Of a stretch of 47,287 nt of DNA, positions 1-9,228 are shown piece by piece (position 1 is the stretch's first letter; every line of letters starts with the position of its first letter). The position numbers and the translations under genes were made by a program. Under the pieces are notes generated by a model. The model did no database searches, was not told where the DNA came from, and worked only from the letters and a program-made list of their open reading frames with translations. Location of the stretch: assembly GCA_050124735.1 (NCBI GenBank), contig JASFEQ010000001.1, forward strand, positions 1 through 47,287, given 5' to 3'. Source of the DNA: Desulfobacteraceae bacterium. GTDB lineage: Bacteria; Desulfobacterota; DSM-4660; Desulfatiglandales; HGW-15.

Positions 1-103
1 TCCTATCGAAGTGTTACCCCTACAGACAACACTTTGGGGTTGAATTGTCCCAGCCTATAATGGCTAACTTTTTTGAAAAAAGTTAAAGATCGGAGAATAA
101 TGG

Positions 104-952
104 ATGGGTCCGATGGGGGCGGAAAGTGAAATCAGAGAGAAGGCCTTGGCCATGGGCGCTAGGGCGGTCGGGATTGCGTCTGTTGAGGCCATAAACCGGA
201 TTGCCCCGCCCGGTCACAGACCGGATGACCTGCTAAAAGGGGCCATGAGCGTGGTGGTATTGGGGGGAGGGGAACCCACGGCGGGTGCCTGGAGAACGGG
301 GACCAACAGGGTATTGGGAAGCATCGGTTACAATAGGAGTCAATTGGCATCTGATGCTCGCCAACTCTCCTATTACATTGAAGAGCGTTTTAGACACTAC
401 ACCATTCCCATTCCCACCGGGGACTGGATCGGTCATTATCCTTATATGAGCTTGAAGCTCTGTGCGGAGATGGCGGGGTTGGGAACCCGTTCCATGGCGG
501 CTGGCATCCTCTTGAATCCCCGATACGGATTGCTCTACTTTAATGGTGTCATCACCAGCATGCCACTGCAGGAAGATGGACCGCTCGCCGAACCTGTCTG
601 TCCGCACAGTTCTTGCGTGCGACTTTGGGAGGAGAAACAGACCACTCCATGTCTCTCTTCCTGTCCAGATTGCCTTTCAGGCGAAATAAGAGACGGGAAA
701 ATCCACTGGATGGAATATCGTCAGGACTGTTGCTATCCCAGGGCACAAACAACCGCTATGGATGCATTTCGAAAGCTCCTTTTAGGAGCGGTCAACGAGA
801 CGGACCGTGAGAGACGGAAAGCCATCCTATTTGGGAGCCACTTTACCAGGGCGGTTCGCAGTATCGCTTATGCCAACGAACTTTCGGCACAATGTTTTAA
901 TTGCCTGAAAAGATGCCCGGTCATCACAAAAAGGGGTCGCAAGTTGCAGTGA
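104..952 (+). CDS. Cys-rich Fe-S protein, epoxyqueuosine-reductase/reductive-dehalogenase-like (tentative)
   Basis: 282-aa ORF. C-terminal Cys clusters (CPHSSC, CLSSCPDC, CFNCLKRCP) suggest Fe-S binding. The family resemblance is judged by eye only. Confidence 0.4.
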   Translation: MGPMGAESEIREKALAMGARAVGIASVEAINRIAPPGHRPDDLLKGAMSVVVLGGGEPTAGAWRTGTNRVLGSIGYNRSQLASDARQLSYYIEERFRHYTIPIPTGDWIGHYPYMSLKLCAEMAGLGTRSMAAGILLNPRYGLLYFNGVITSMPLQEDGPLAEPVCPHSSCVRLWEEKQTTPCLSSCPDCLSGEIRDGKIHWMEYRQDCCYPRAQTTAMDAFRKLLLGAVNETDRERRKAILFGSHFTRAVRSIAYANELSAQCFNCLKRCPVITKRGRKLQ

Positions 953-1024
953 TGAGAAGGGCTGGCAGGCCATCGGAAGACCTGAGCGATTGACCATTGC
1001 AAATGGATTAGCAGGAGAACGCCT

Positions 1025-1288
1025 ATGCCAAGATTTGTTTCAATGGATGTGTATGAGCGTTACAAAGAGGAAGTCTGGAATTTAACCAACGCCAAGCAAA
1101 GAATGGAACCTGGCAAAAAGAACCGAGGACTTACTGATAAGGAAATCGCCTCTACATTAGGATTGACCGTCGAGGAGGTAACTGAGATCCGCTGCATTGC
1201 TGAGAGCGAGAAGATTCCGCTGGAAGCCTACTTGGATGCGGAAGATACGAAAGAGAAAAGGTTCAAACGGCCACCTGGCAAGAAATGA
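1025..1288 (+). CDS. small hypothetical protein with an HTH-like segment
   Basis: 87-aa ORF preceded by aggagaa. The segment LTDKEIASTLGLTVEEVTEI resembles a sigma-70 region-4/LuxR-type helix-turn-helix. Lies directly upstream of the Mo-enzyme gene. Confidence 0.35.
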   Translation: MPRFVSMDVYERYKEEVWNLTNAKQRMEPGKKNRGLTDKEIASTLGLTVEEVTEIRCIAESEKIPLEAYLDAEDTKEKRFKRPPGKK

Positions 1289-1341
1289 GAGTCAACCAGA
1301 TTTGATCCCGCATCAATCATAAAGGAGCATTGCAAAGTCAT

Positions 1342-3378
1342 ATGAAGAACGCCCAGATGATATCCACCCTTTGCAGGATGTGCCCGCAGGGCTGTGGGCT
1401 TGAGGTAACCGTCGAGAATGGAATTCCAGTAAGTCTAAAAGGTTCCAAAGACCACCCGTACAGCAAGGGTTGGCTCTGCGCCAAAGGAAGGGCTGCTCTG
1501 GATCTATTCCATTCTCCCCACAGGCTATCTTCTCCCCTGATTCGAAAGGAGGGAAAACTCGTCTCAGTAGAATGGGAGGAGGCCCTCGACTTTGTTGCAG
1601 AGAGACTTCACCGGCTGAGAGACCTGTACGGTTCCCAGAGTCTGGCCATCTATCAGGGAGAGGGAATTGGTCACCAGGAAATCAAGTATTACGTGAAACG
1701 TTTTGCCAATGTCTATGGGACCCCAAACTTCATGAGCGTAGGCTCCATATGTAATGTGGCTAGAACTATGGCTGATACCCTGACCTTTGGTGGTGTAACC
1801 AAACCGGATATCGCAAACACTCATTTTCTGATTATCTGGGGTGCAAATCCCTTCGCATCCAATGAACCTTTCCCGGCAAAAGAGATTAGCCAACTCAAAA
1901 AAAGAGGTGGAAAGCTTGTGGTGGTTGATCCTCGAAGGACTGAAGTGGCTTCTAAGGCGGATGTCCATCTGGCCATAAAACCCGGCGGCGATGAAATCCT
2001 CATCTTGAACATGCTTCATGTTATTTTAGGGGAAGATTTATGGGACAAGGGATTTACAGAGAAGTGGGTTCCCGGGTTCCATCGCTTCCACGAAACAGTT
2101 GTAGAGGATCGGTATGCCCCGGAAAACGGGGAGGCCCTGACCGGAATCCCTTCCGATCTGGTACGTCATCTTGCACGCTCATACACCGAGACTAAGCCGG
2201 CCTGCATATCCATGGGTAACGGTCTGGAGCACCACAGTTTCGGCACCAGCACCATGCGTCTGTTGGCCATAACGAAGGCCATCACGGGGAACCTGGATAT
2301 ACCTGGGGGAGACCTGTTCACACCAAGACCCAAGCTAAGGGATATGACAATGCCCTTGCCCGAACCACCCATGCCTCCCATAGGTTCAGAGGAATTCCGC
2401 CTCTTTTGTCAATCGCGCAAGGAGGCCCGCGCCCTTTCCCTTCCTAAAGCGATTTTACAGGAGGAACCTTATCCCATAAAAGGTTTGATTATCGCGGGGG
2501 GAAACCCCTCTCTTGAGTGGCCCCACACTAGCCAGACCCGCGAGGCCCTTGAAAAACTGGAATTCTTGATGGTCATTGACGTGGTTCGATCTCCCGACTC
2601 ACAGTATGCTGATGCAATTCTTCCCGCGTGTACTTTCCTGGAACGAGATGAGCATCAGGTGAATGTTTATCAAAACCTCCATAACATCACCTTTAGAAGG
2701 CGGGTCGTGGAGCCGGCGCATGGGCTTCCAGACCAGATGATTTGGGTCAAATTGGCACACAAGATGGGACTTGGTGAATACTTCCCATGGCAGAACTGCG
2801 AAGAAGGTATAGACCATATCCTGAGCCCCCTTGGTGTGACTTATCGGGATCTGGTCTCCAAAGGGGGGATATATGAATATGAAAAGAGAAGATACAAGAA
2901 ATATGAGGATCAGGGTTTCCACACCCCAAGCGGCAAAGTGGAGATATATTCTGAACGACTGAAGGGTCTCGGATATGACCCCTCCCCTATTCGAGAAGAT
3001 GCTCACCAAAAGGCGGATGTGTCAGACCGGTTTCCCCTGCATCTGACTACGGGCGGGAACCTTCTCTGTTACTTGCACTGGCAATTCCGTTACATTCCCA
3101 AGTTAAGAAAGATGGCTCCGGAGCCATTATTTGAAATACATCCAAATACGGCCCATCAATATGGACTTTCAGCAGGGGAGATGGCAGAGATTCGGACGAA
3201 GGATGGAAAAATTCAGCTCAAGACCCATCTTACTGATAATATCCGTCCCGACACCATACATATGCCTCAAGGCTGGGAAGAGGCCTCTGCCAACGAGCTC
3301 ACCCCTTCCGACGACACGGATCCCATTTCAGGATTCCCAAATCTAAAATCTTTGAGATGTTCTGTCCGCAAGATATGA
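1342..3378 (+). CDS. molybdopterin (bis-MGD) oxidoreductase, cytoplasmic MopB family
   Basis: N-terminal CRMCPQGCGL...LCAKG is a 4Fe-4S motif typical of Mo/W bis-PGD enzymes. About 680 aa with no twin-arginine signal. The ATG at 1342 is preferred over the TTG at 1330 because the aaaggag RBS lies at 1321-1327. Confidence 0.85.
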   Translation: MKNAQMISTLCRMCPQGCGLEVTVENGIPVSLKGSKDHPYSKGWLCAKGRAALDLFHSPHRLSSPLIRKEGKLVSVEWEEALDFVAERLHRLRDLYGSQSLAIYQGEGIGHQEIKYYVKRFANVYGTPNFMSVGSICNVARTMADTLTFGGVTKPDIANTHFLIIWGANPFASNEPFPAKEISQLKKRGGKLVVVDPRRTEVASKADVHLAIKPGGDEILILNMLHVILGEDLWDKGFTEKWVPGFHRFHETVVEDRYAPENGEALTGIPSDLVRHLARSYTETKPACISMGNGLEHHSFGTSTMRLLAITKAITGNLDIPGGDLFTPRPKLRDMTMPLPEPPMPPIGSEEFRLFCQSRKEARALSLPKAILQEEPYPIKGLIIAGGNPSLEWPHTSQTREALEKLEFLMVIDVVRSPDSQYADAILPACTFLERDEHQVNVYQNLHNITFRRRVVEPAHGLPDQMIWVKLAHKMGLGEYFPWQNCEEGIDHILSPLGVTYRDLVSKGGIYEYEKRRYKKYEDQGFHTPSGKVEIYSERLKGLGYDPSPIREDAHQKADVSDRFPLHLTTGGNLLCYLHWQFRYIPKLRKMAPEPLFEIHPNTAHQYGLSAGEMAEIRTKDGKIQLKTHLTDNIRPDTIHMPQGWEEASANELTPSDDTDPISGFPNLKSLRCSVRKI

Positions 3379-3449
3379 GAAGAGAGTGATAGATCAGTGT
3401 TAGGGGAGGTCCATAAGATCATGAAATTCACTGCCTTGGTTTCAGGAAC

Positions 3450-4715
3450 TCATAATCTCGGATGTCCCCCCTTTTCCTCCTGGTTTTTTCTATCAACCCT
3501 TTCAGGTTTTAAGACTGCCGTAAGAACGAGGCCTAGGAGACTAAGAAGGGCACACCCCAGAAAAGCCGTTTGATAGCTGGAGGTCACATCAAAAATGTAG
3601 CCAGTCAGCCATGGACCGAGAGCGCCTCCCACTGTAAAGCCAAAAGCAATCACACCCAGAATCAAACCATGGGATTCCAATCCAAAGAGCACGGCCACCA
3701 GAGGCGACTCCGCAACAACGCATCCCCCGTAGGCAAAGCCAAAGAAAACCGCAAAGGCGTATAGCATCCAGGCTATTTTGGCTGGTACCAGCCAGAACAA
3801 TGCAGCTGCCATCAGGCTGAAACCGATGAGAAAGACTTTTCGACTTCCAATGATATCAGCAGCTCTACCCAACAATACCTTCCCCAAAATGCTCACCCCG
3901 CCAATGGTCGCCAATATGTTGGCCGCACTGGCAGGAGAAATTCCTAGTTCCGTGGCATGGGCTGCAATATGCACCATGATAGAAAATACACCGAATCCAA
4001 AACAGAAAATCATGGCGAAAAGCACCCAGAAGGGCCTGGTATGAATGGCCTCCCCTAAGGAAAGCCCTCCATTTCTGGGGTTCGAACCCTTTCGGCTACT
4101 TTGATTTTCACCATAGGCGAGTTGCCCCAACTGAGAGGGATCACGCCTCAGGAGCTGCGCAGATAACACGATAACTGCCAAAACTATACTGCCTAGTATG
4201 ATGTAAGATATTCGCCAGCCATGCGTGGAGATAAGCCCATTCGCTATCGGTGGTCCGATCAGGGCACCGATGCCAATGCCAGCCGTCACAATACCTGTCA
4301 TCATGCCTCTTCTCAGGACAAACCATCTGACCACAGTTGTCATAAGAGGGACAAATCCACCACCCATACCGGTTCCCAAGATTAAGCCGAAAGATAGATA
4401 CAGCTGCCAGAGGGCCTCAAGCTGTGACATGAGAAGATAGCCGATACCCAATAGTAAGCCACAGACTGACATCACTATTCGGGGTCCAAACCTATCGTTT
4501 AGCCCGCCCATGGCAATCCCGAGCAGGCCCATGGTAATCGAGCAAAGAGAGAAGGCACCTGATGTCATTGCCCTGGACCAGCCAAATTCATTGAGTATGG
4601 GTTTGAAAAAGACCCCAAATGCATAAAACACAGTCCACATGACCACCATGATAAGGAAGGCTGCCCCGACCACGAAGTAGCCGTAAAATATTCCATGTTC
4701 ATCTTCCCGTTTCAT
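3450..4715 (-). CDS. MFS transporter (oxalate/formate-antiporter-like)
   Basis: 421 aa with about 12 hydrophobic helices and a central hydrophilic loop. The N-terminal FYGYFVVGAAFLIM...GVFFKP pattern is typical of the OFA subfamily. Confidence 0.8.
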   Translation of the reverse strand: MKREDEHGIFYGYFVVGAAFLIMVVMWTVFYAFGVFFKPILNEFGWSRAMTSGAFSLCSITMGLLGIAMGGLNDRFGPRIVMSVCGLLLGIGYLLMSQLEALWQLYLSFGLILGTGMGGGFVPLMTTVVRWFVLRRGMMTGIVTAGIGIGALIGPPIANGLISTHGWRISYIILGSIVLAVIVLSAQLLRRDPSQLGQLAYGENQSSRKGSNPRNGGLSLGEAIHTRPFWVLFAMIFCFGFGVFSIMVHIAAHATELGISPASAANILATIGGVSILGKVLLGRAADIIGSRKVFLIGFSLMAAALFWLVPAKIAWMLYAFAVFFGFAYGGCVVAESPLVAVLFGLESHGLILGVIAFGFTVGGALGPWLTGYIFDVTSSYQTAFLGCALLSLLGLVLTAVLKPERVDRKNQEEKGGHPRL

Positions 4716-4820
4716 TTCCGCTTTCCTAGATGGAGGGGTCGGATCTTCATTCTTGGCAAACCCGCCTTCTTTTCATGTGTTAGGGGACGATCATCACCTG
4801 GACGTCCCCTCTTTTTGGAT

Positions 4821-5645
4821 CTAATTTGGATGGATGGTAACAGATATGAGCTGGCCCTTTCTGAAAATCCTGGCCTCCACAGGGTCCTTAACCTGCTTTA
4901 AGGCGTTTCTCATAGGGCTCACGCTGTCAACGGCTCGTCCCCCGACCTCCACAATGATATCCCCGCGCTCTAATCCGTCTCTTTCGGCACGACTCTGTTT
5001 CCTCACATCAGAGACCAGAACGCCATGTGTCGAAGCAAAGGAAAAGGCCTGTGCCAGTGAAGGGGTGAGGTCCTGAAGCGTCACGCCATAGTGTTCCTCC
5101 ACCTTCCCTTGCTCTTTGAGCGGGACAGACGCCTCTTTGAATAACCTTTCCGAGACAAAGATGGGGGCATTGAACTTCAGGGCCATGACTATGGAGTCAC
5201 TCGGTCTTGCATCGATCTCTATGTCTGAGCTTCCCTCTTTTATCACAAGGGTGGCATAATAGACGCCTTTATGAATATGGGTGACGATCACCCGTTCAAT
5301 CCTTAGATTGGCCCCCTCAATTACCCTTTCCAACAAATCGTGGGTAAGCGGACGGAAGTGCTCGATCCCGTTCATCTCCGAATGAATGGCATTGGCCTCA
5401 AAATGGCTGATCCAAATAAAGAGCCCACGTTCCTCAAGAGCGTCGGAGAGGATAACAACGGGTTGTTGGCTTCCAGGATCAATGATCAGTCGGTGGACCT
5501 TTGTCTGCATGAGATGATTTTTGTCAAAAGCGACTGAAATGAAGTCTTCTCCGAGCGTTTGACCACCAGGCCAGATCGACGCGGCGAACCAAAGTCCGAC
5601 GGTGACCAAAAGCATTATCATTTTCTCTCTTAATAGGGTTCCCAT
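4821..5645 (-). CDS. membrane-anchored bifunctional nuclease (DUF151/BFN) domain protein with C-terminal PDZ domain
   Basis: N-terminal TM/signal segment. BFN-like core (FEANAIHSEMNGIEHFRPLTHDLL...YYATLVI...DARPSDSIVMAL). C-terminal PDZ-like segment (GVLVSDVRKQSRAERDGLERGDIIVEVGG). Confidence 0.7.
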   Translation of the reverse strand: MGTLLREKMIMLLVTVGLWFAASIWPGGQTLGEDFISVAFDKNHLMQTKVHRLIIDPGSQQPVVILSDALEERGLFIWISHFEANAIHSEMNGIEHFRPLTHDLLERVIEGANLRIERVIVTHIHKGVYYATLVIKEGSSDIEIDARPSDSIVMALKFNAPIFVSERLFKEASVPLKEQGKVEEHYGVTLQDLTPSLAQAFSFASTHGVLVSDVRKQSRAERDGLERGDIIVEVGGRAVDSVSPMRNALKQVKDPVEARIFRKGQLISVTIHPN

Positions 5646-5950
5646 TAGTCCATTCCTCCCATTAGGCGTTCTCTCCGGACTTAAATCTCATACCACAGAA
5701 AAGCTGTAAACGTGCATAAGATCAAGTCTCAACTTTTGCATCTAGCCTGCTGCCCATCTGCAAATGAACAAAGGGGCACTTGCAGTTTCCAGATCAGAAA
5801 TGAGACATTTTTCGGCAAGGTCAAGAAAATCAAGGGATTGCGCGGAGACGTACATATGGCACGTCGCACAAGGAATCCCGCCGATTGACGCAGACCTGCC
5901 CGCCAGATGGCAGGCAGGGATTGCAAAAAAGGGGCATTTCTGGATGGAAA

Positions 5951-7045
5951 CTAGCCTATCTTGAGGGTCTGTTCATAGGCCTCTTTCATGGCCTTGGAGA
6001 GGAGTTGGACTCCTTCGTCAGCCTTCTTCTCAAGCTCCTTACTCACAGAATAGAGCCCTTTTAATACGTCCAGAATGGATCCCAGCTCACGGAGAAAGAT
6101 GTCTGCGGCCTGCCTATCCTCCTGGGCCGCCTCTGATATGGCAGCCGCTGCCAGCAGTCCGCTTTGAAGGGCAGGGCCAATCCCTTCATAGGTTATGGGC
6201 AAAATCAGACTGGCAGCGTCCCCTATGAGCAGGATGTTTCCTAGGGCCGGGGAGAAAGAGCCCGAAATGAGTGCGCCGTGGAGCATGGGTTCTAAACAGC
6301 CATCCTTCCACACCGGTTTGGTGGATGGATCAAAGCCTCGATTGATCAGGGTTTGATTTATCTCCTCCCTCAGTTCTCCAATTCCACTCCCTTCAATTAA
6401 AAATACGTCCCCTTTATGGATGATATCAAATCTTTGATGAGGCCGGGACTTTGGGAAAAACCAGTGAAAGTAATCCCTTTCAATATCAACTGTGCCTTTA
6501 TAGCATTCCCGCATTGGGCCCATATACGGAACTTTGAGAGTTGGAAATAAAGCCTTCCTCACCCGGGAGGTAGCGCCATCCGCTCCAATGACAAATCTCG
6601 CACCAAGTTCTTGCTCTTCATTGTCTATCTTGACCCTGACTCTACACTGGCCCTCAGCCTGGGTGACGCCAAGAAACCTGGTCCGATCCCATATCTCCAC
6701 CCCCTCCTCTTCTGCCCTCTGATTCATCCAGAAGTCCAAATCTCTTCTCCAAGCGATTGGCGTCTGCCACTCAATGACCTGAGGCTCCACGCCTGGAAAA
6801 TGTAGCATGTGTCCGGATAAATAGTGGGGATCCACCAAGACATCCGGAGGAACATCCCCGAATTCTTGTTCAACGACGCTATGAGCCCATACGCCCATGA
6901 TCATTCCGGTGCACGCCTTCTCTCGGGGCAGTCTCTTCTTCTCCAGGAGAAGCGTTCTAAACCCATTCTGGGCACACTTTTTCGCAGCCACGGACCCCCC
7001 TGGACCGGCACCGACGACGATGACATCATACTTTCTATTAATCAT
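5951..7045 (-). CDS. FAD-dependent oxidoreductase, geranylgeranyl-reductase family
   Basis: N-terminal dinucleotide fold YDVIVVGAGPGGSVAAKKCAQNGFRTLLLEKK...CTG. Length 364 aa. Confidence 0.8.
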   Translation of the reverse strand: MINRKYDVIVVGAGPGGSVAAKKCAQNGFRTLLLEKKRLPREKACTGMIMGVWAHSVVEQEFGDVPPDVLVDPHYLSGHMLHFPGVEPQVIEWQTPIAWRRDLDFWMNQRAEEEGVEIWDRTRFLGVTQAEGQCRVRVKIDNEEQELGARFVIGADGATSRVRKALFPTLKVPYMGPMRECYKGTVDIERDYFHWFFPKSRPHQRFDIIHKGDVFLIEGSGIGELREEINQTLINRGFDPSTKPVWKDGCLEPMLHGALISGSFSPALGNILLIGDAASLILPITYEGIGPALQSGLLAAAAISEAAQEDRQAADIFLRELGSILDVLKGLYSVSKELEKKADEGVQLLSKAMKEAYEQTLKIG

Positions 7046-7208
7046 TGAGTTCGTCCTTATAATGTTTTGAGCATTCGGTCATTCTTATTTTGATATTGTT
7101 TGGAATTTGATATTTGGTGCTTGGGATTTACCTGCCTTGTTTATCCGGTAGCCTAAACACGCCTAGGTGGGACTACCCCGTTTTCAGATTCGGCCTCAGG
7201 GCCGGTTT

Positions 7209-8156
7209 TCACTTCCACTGCGACAACATCCTGGCCATAATTGTCCTGATTCCCTGGTCGGGTTTTTCTTTTGGGGCTATTTTTAGGAGAATATCAAGAA
7301 AGGCCTGGGCGGACGGGGAAAGGCGTTGCTTTTTAAGATAGGCTATACTTACATCCAGGAATATCCGTTGGCCTTTAATGGGGACAGCGACAAGCTTTTT
7401 TTCCTGGAGTTCAACCGCCGCGGCTTCTTTTACTATAAAAGAGACACCGTCTCCTCTCTGGACGAGCTGTTTGATAAACTCCGCATTGCCCGTTTCCATC
7501 AAGATCTCTGGTGAGATGCCATTGTCATCAAATAACGCAATGACCAGTTTTCTCGTCGCAGATCCTCTCTCCGTCATAATGAGAGGTTCTCTCGCCAATT
7601 CGGCAAGGGTGATATATCTCTTCTTTGCCAGGGGGTGTTCCGGCGCTAGTATCAGGACCAGTTCCTCCCGGCTGAAAGGAATAAAACATATTTCAGGATT
7701 ATCTTAGACCTTGGCTATGACTGCCACCTCATTTCTCAAATCAAGCAGGCTATGAATCATGTCCAAAGAACTACCTTCATCCAGATGGATCTTGATGTGA
7801 GGGTAGGCACCTCGAAAGCTGGTGATCAGCAAAGGCATAAAATATCGGGCATAGCTCTTTGAGGTCCCCAGGCGCAACATGCCCCTCTTCAGCTCCTTCA
7901 GGTCATCGATTAGGTCTTCAATCTCTTTTTCATATTCAAAAACCTTTGCCGCATAATCATAAAGGGTTTTTCCTTCATCGGTCAGAAAGATTCTTCGGCC
8001 CTTTTTTTTGAAGAGCTTTAGATTGCATGAATCTTCAAGGAGTTTTATCTGGGCGGTGACGGCCGGCTGTGTAATGTAGAGCTTCTCCGCCGCCCTAGTA
8101 CAACTTAGATATCTTGCAGTCTGACAAAATACTCTGAGCTGATTGAAATTGAGCAT
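7209..8156 (-). pseudogene. LysR-family transcriptional regulator interrupted by an in-frame TAA at 7704-7706
   Basis: ORFs 7704..8156 (HTH, LNFNQLRVFCQTARYLSCTRAAEKLYITQPAVTAQIKLLE) and 7209..7598 (effector domain) share one frame (both end coordinates are 2 mod 3). Translation across the gap reads AKV*DNPEICFIPFSREELVLILAPEHPLAKKRYITLAELAREPLIM, a contiguous LysR sequence with one stop. Confidence 0.8.
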
Positions 8157-8187
8157 GGAAGCCCTTCCCTTACCTCTTCCCCAAAAA

Positions 8188-8420
8188 GACTGTGTCGTAA
8201 TCTGTCATCCCCCGCCGCAAGCGTCGGGAGATCCAGAAAGGATTGAATTCATTTATATATTCTGGATTCCCCTTCGATGCTTCGACCTTGCTCAGCATCG
8301 ACCCTGAGCTATGTCGAAGGGTCGACTTCGCTCAGGGTGGTGAGCCTGTCAAACCACGGATCTCGTCCACCCCTGGTGGACTCGCCCGGAATGACGGGCT
8401 CGAAGTAATACGACACAGTG
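8188..8420. repeat. composite foldback repeat: outer inverted arms flanking a TCGAC/GCTCAG hairpin module
   Basis: The left arm gactgtgtcgtaatctgtcatccc...gggagatcc matches the reverse complement of the right arm ggatctcg...ggaatgacgggctcgaagtaatacgacacagt. The inner module at 8270-8355 is near-identical to part of the repeat at 46155-46240. Confidence 0.7.
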
Positions 8421-8457
8421 CCAAAGAGGAGAAGTCGTTTATGGTGGATGCCTAAAT

Positions 8458-8500
8458 AAATTTTATGGATGAGAGCGAATCATAAGAAAATTTTATGGAT
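8458..8500 (+). promoter_or_regulatory. two direct 13-nt repeats (aaattttatggat) spaced 30 bp; candidate regulator sites
   Basis: Exact copies at 8458-8470 and 8488-8500, immediately upstream of a TTGACA hexamer. Confidence 0.25.
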
Positions 8501-8518
8501 ACCATAAAAAAAATGGAA

Positions 8519-8547
8519 TTGACAGAATTTTTTTAATATTTAATTAT
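8519..8547 (+). promoter_or_regulatory. candidate sigma70-type promoter (TTGACA-N17-AATTAT) behind an A-tract
   Basis: TTGACA at 8519-8524 and a weak -10 at 8542-8547, with an A8 tract upstream. It would produce a leader of about 680 nt ahead of the ABC operon. Confidence 0.3.
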
Positions 8548-8602
8548 GCTTAAGCTCGAAAAATGGCTCCGCTTCGTTTCCCATTTAAAGTGATGAAACA
8601 TG

Positions 8603-8626
8603 GGAGTATTGGAGTAATGGGTGAGA
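8603..8626 (+). repeat. short GGAGTAAT-type octamer array (2-3 units)
   Basis: ggagtatt ggagtaat gggtgaga. Same unit as the arrays at 42206 and 45797. Confidence 0.5.
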
Positions 8627-9228
8627 GTAAGAAGATCCCAATCTTAATTTTAGGTTTTCCTTTCCAATATTCCCTTGGCGCCGCAGTGATATCTAGACCG
8701 AAATAAGGCCTATTATTTCATTCACTTGTTGCTAGCGTTTCCTTTGCCGGGTTGACCTGTCCATCCTGGAATCCAACCTTTTTCTGTTTTTCAACAGAGA
8801 GCCCAAATGGGATTTCATATTGCAACTTCCTTTTCAGACATGTGTTATTTATTAAAACCTTTCTTTTTCCGTCTTTTCATTAGTGTTTCCGGGTTAATCA
8901 AAATTCTTTAACAACTTAAACTTCCATGACTTGCTTACAGTGTTGAACTCTTTACTCAACTAAGTCCTTCATAACCCGAAGGAATGCTGAAAGAATGGAA
9001 GACAGGATGGCAAGAGGACGAGAATAGTATAATCAGTCTTTTCTCTTCCTTTGGCCCATCACTACAGTGCAGCCGTGTTAACTGCGGGACGGAGTGAAGC
9101 GGAGCTGAGTTGGTCTAGTTATCTTCCACTTAACCTTTAACCAACAAATTTTGAAGGGAGGGAGAAGATGGCAAAGGTAGGTCAGGCTGCGGATAACGTG
9201 CTTTGAAACCTCAAGGAAGGAGGGACGA

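Noticed and set aside
4077-4095. tRNA T-arm-like sequence ggggttcgaaccc
   Set aside because: It lies inside the well-supported MFS transporter CDS. No acceptor or anticodon arms can be built around it.
7704-7706. Programmed stop-codon read-through in the LysR gene
   Set aside because: The codon is TAA, which has no known Sec or Pyl recoding. A nonsense mutation or a sequencing error is the simpler explanation.
8243-8455. 70-aa ORF (FDASTLLSIDPELCRRVDFAQGGEPV...ARNDGLEVIRHS)
   Set aside because: It lies entirely inside the foldback/hairpin repeat at 8188-8420. The peptide pattern is the typical translation artefact of TCGAC/GCTCAG-type repeats.
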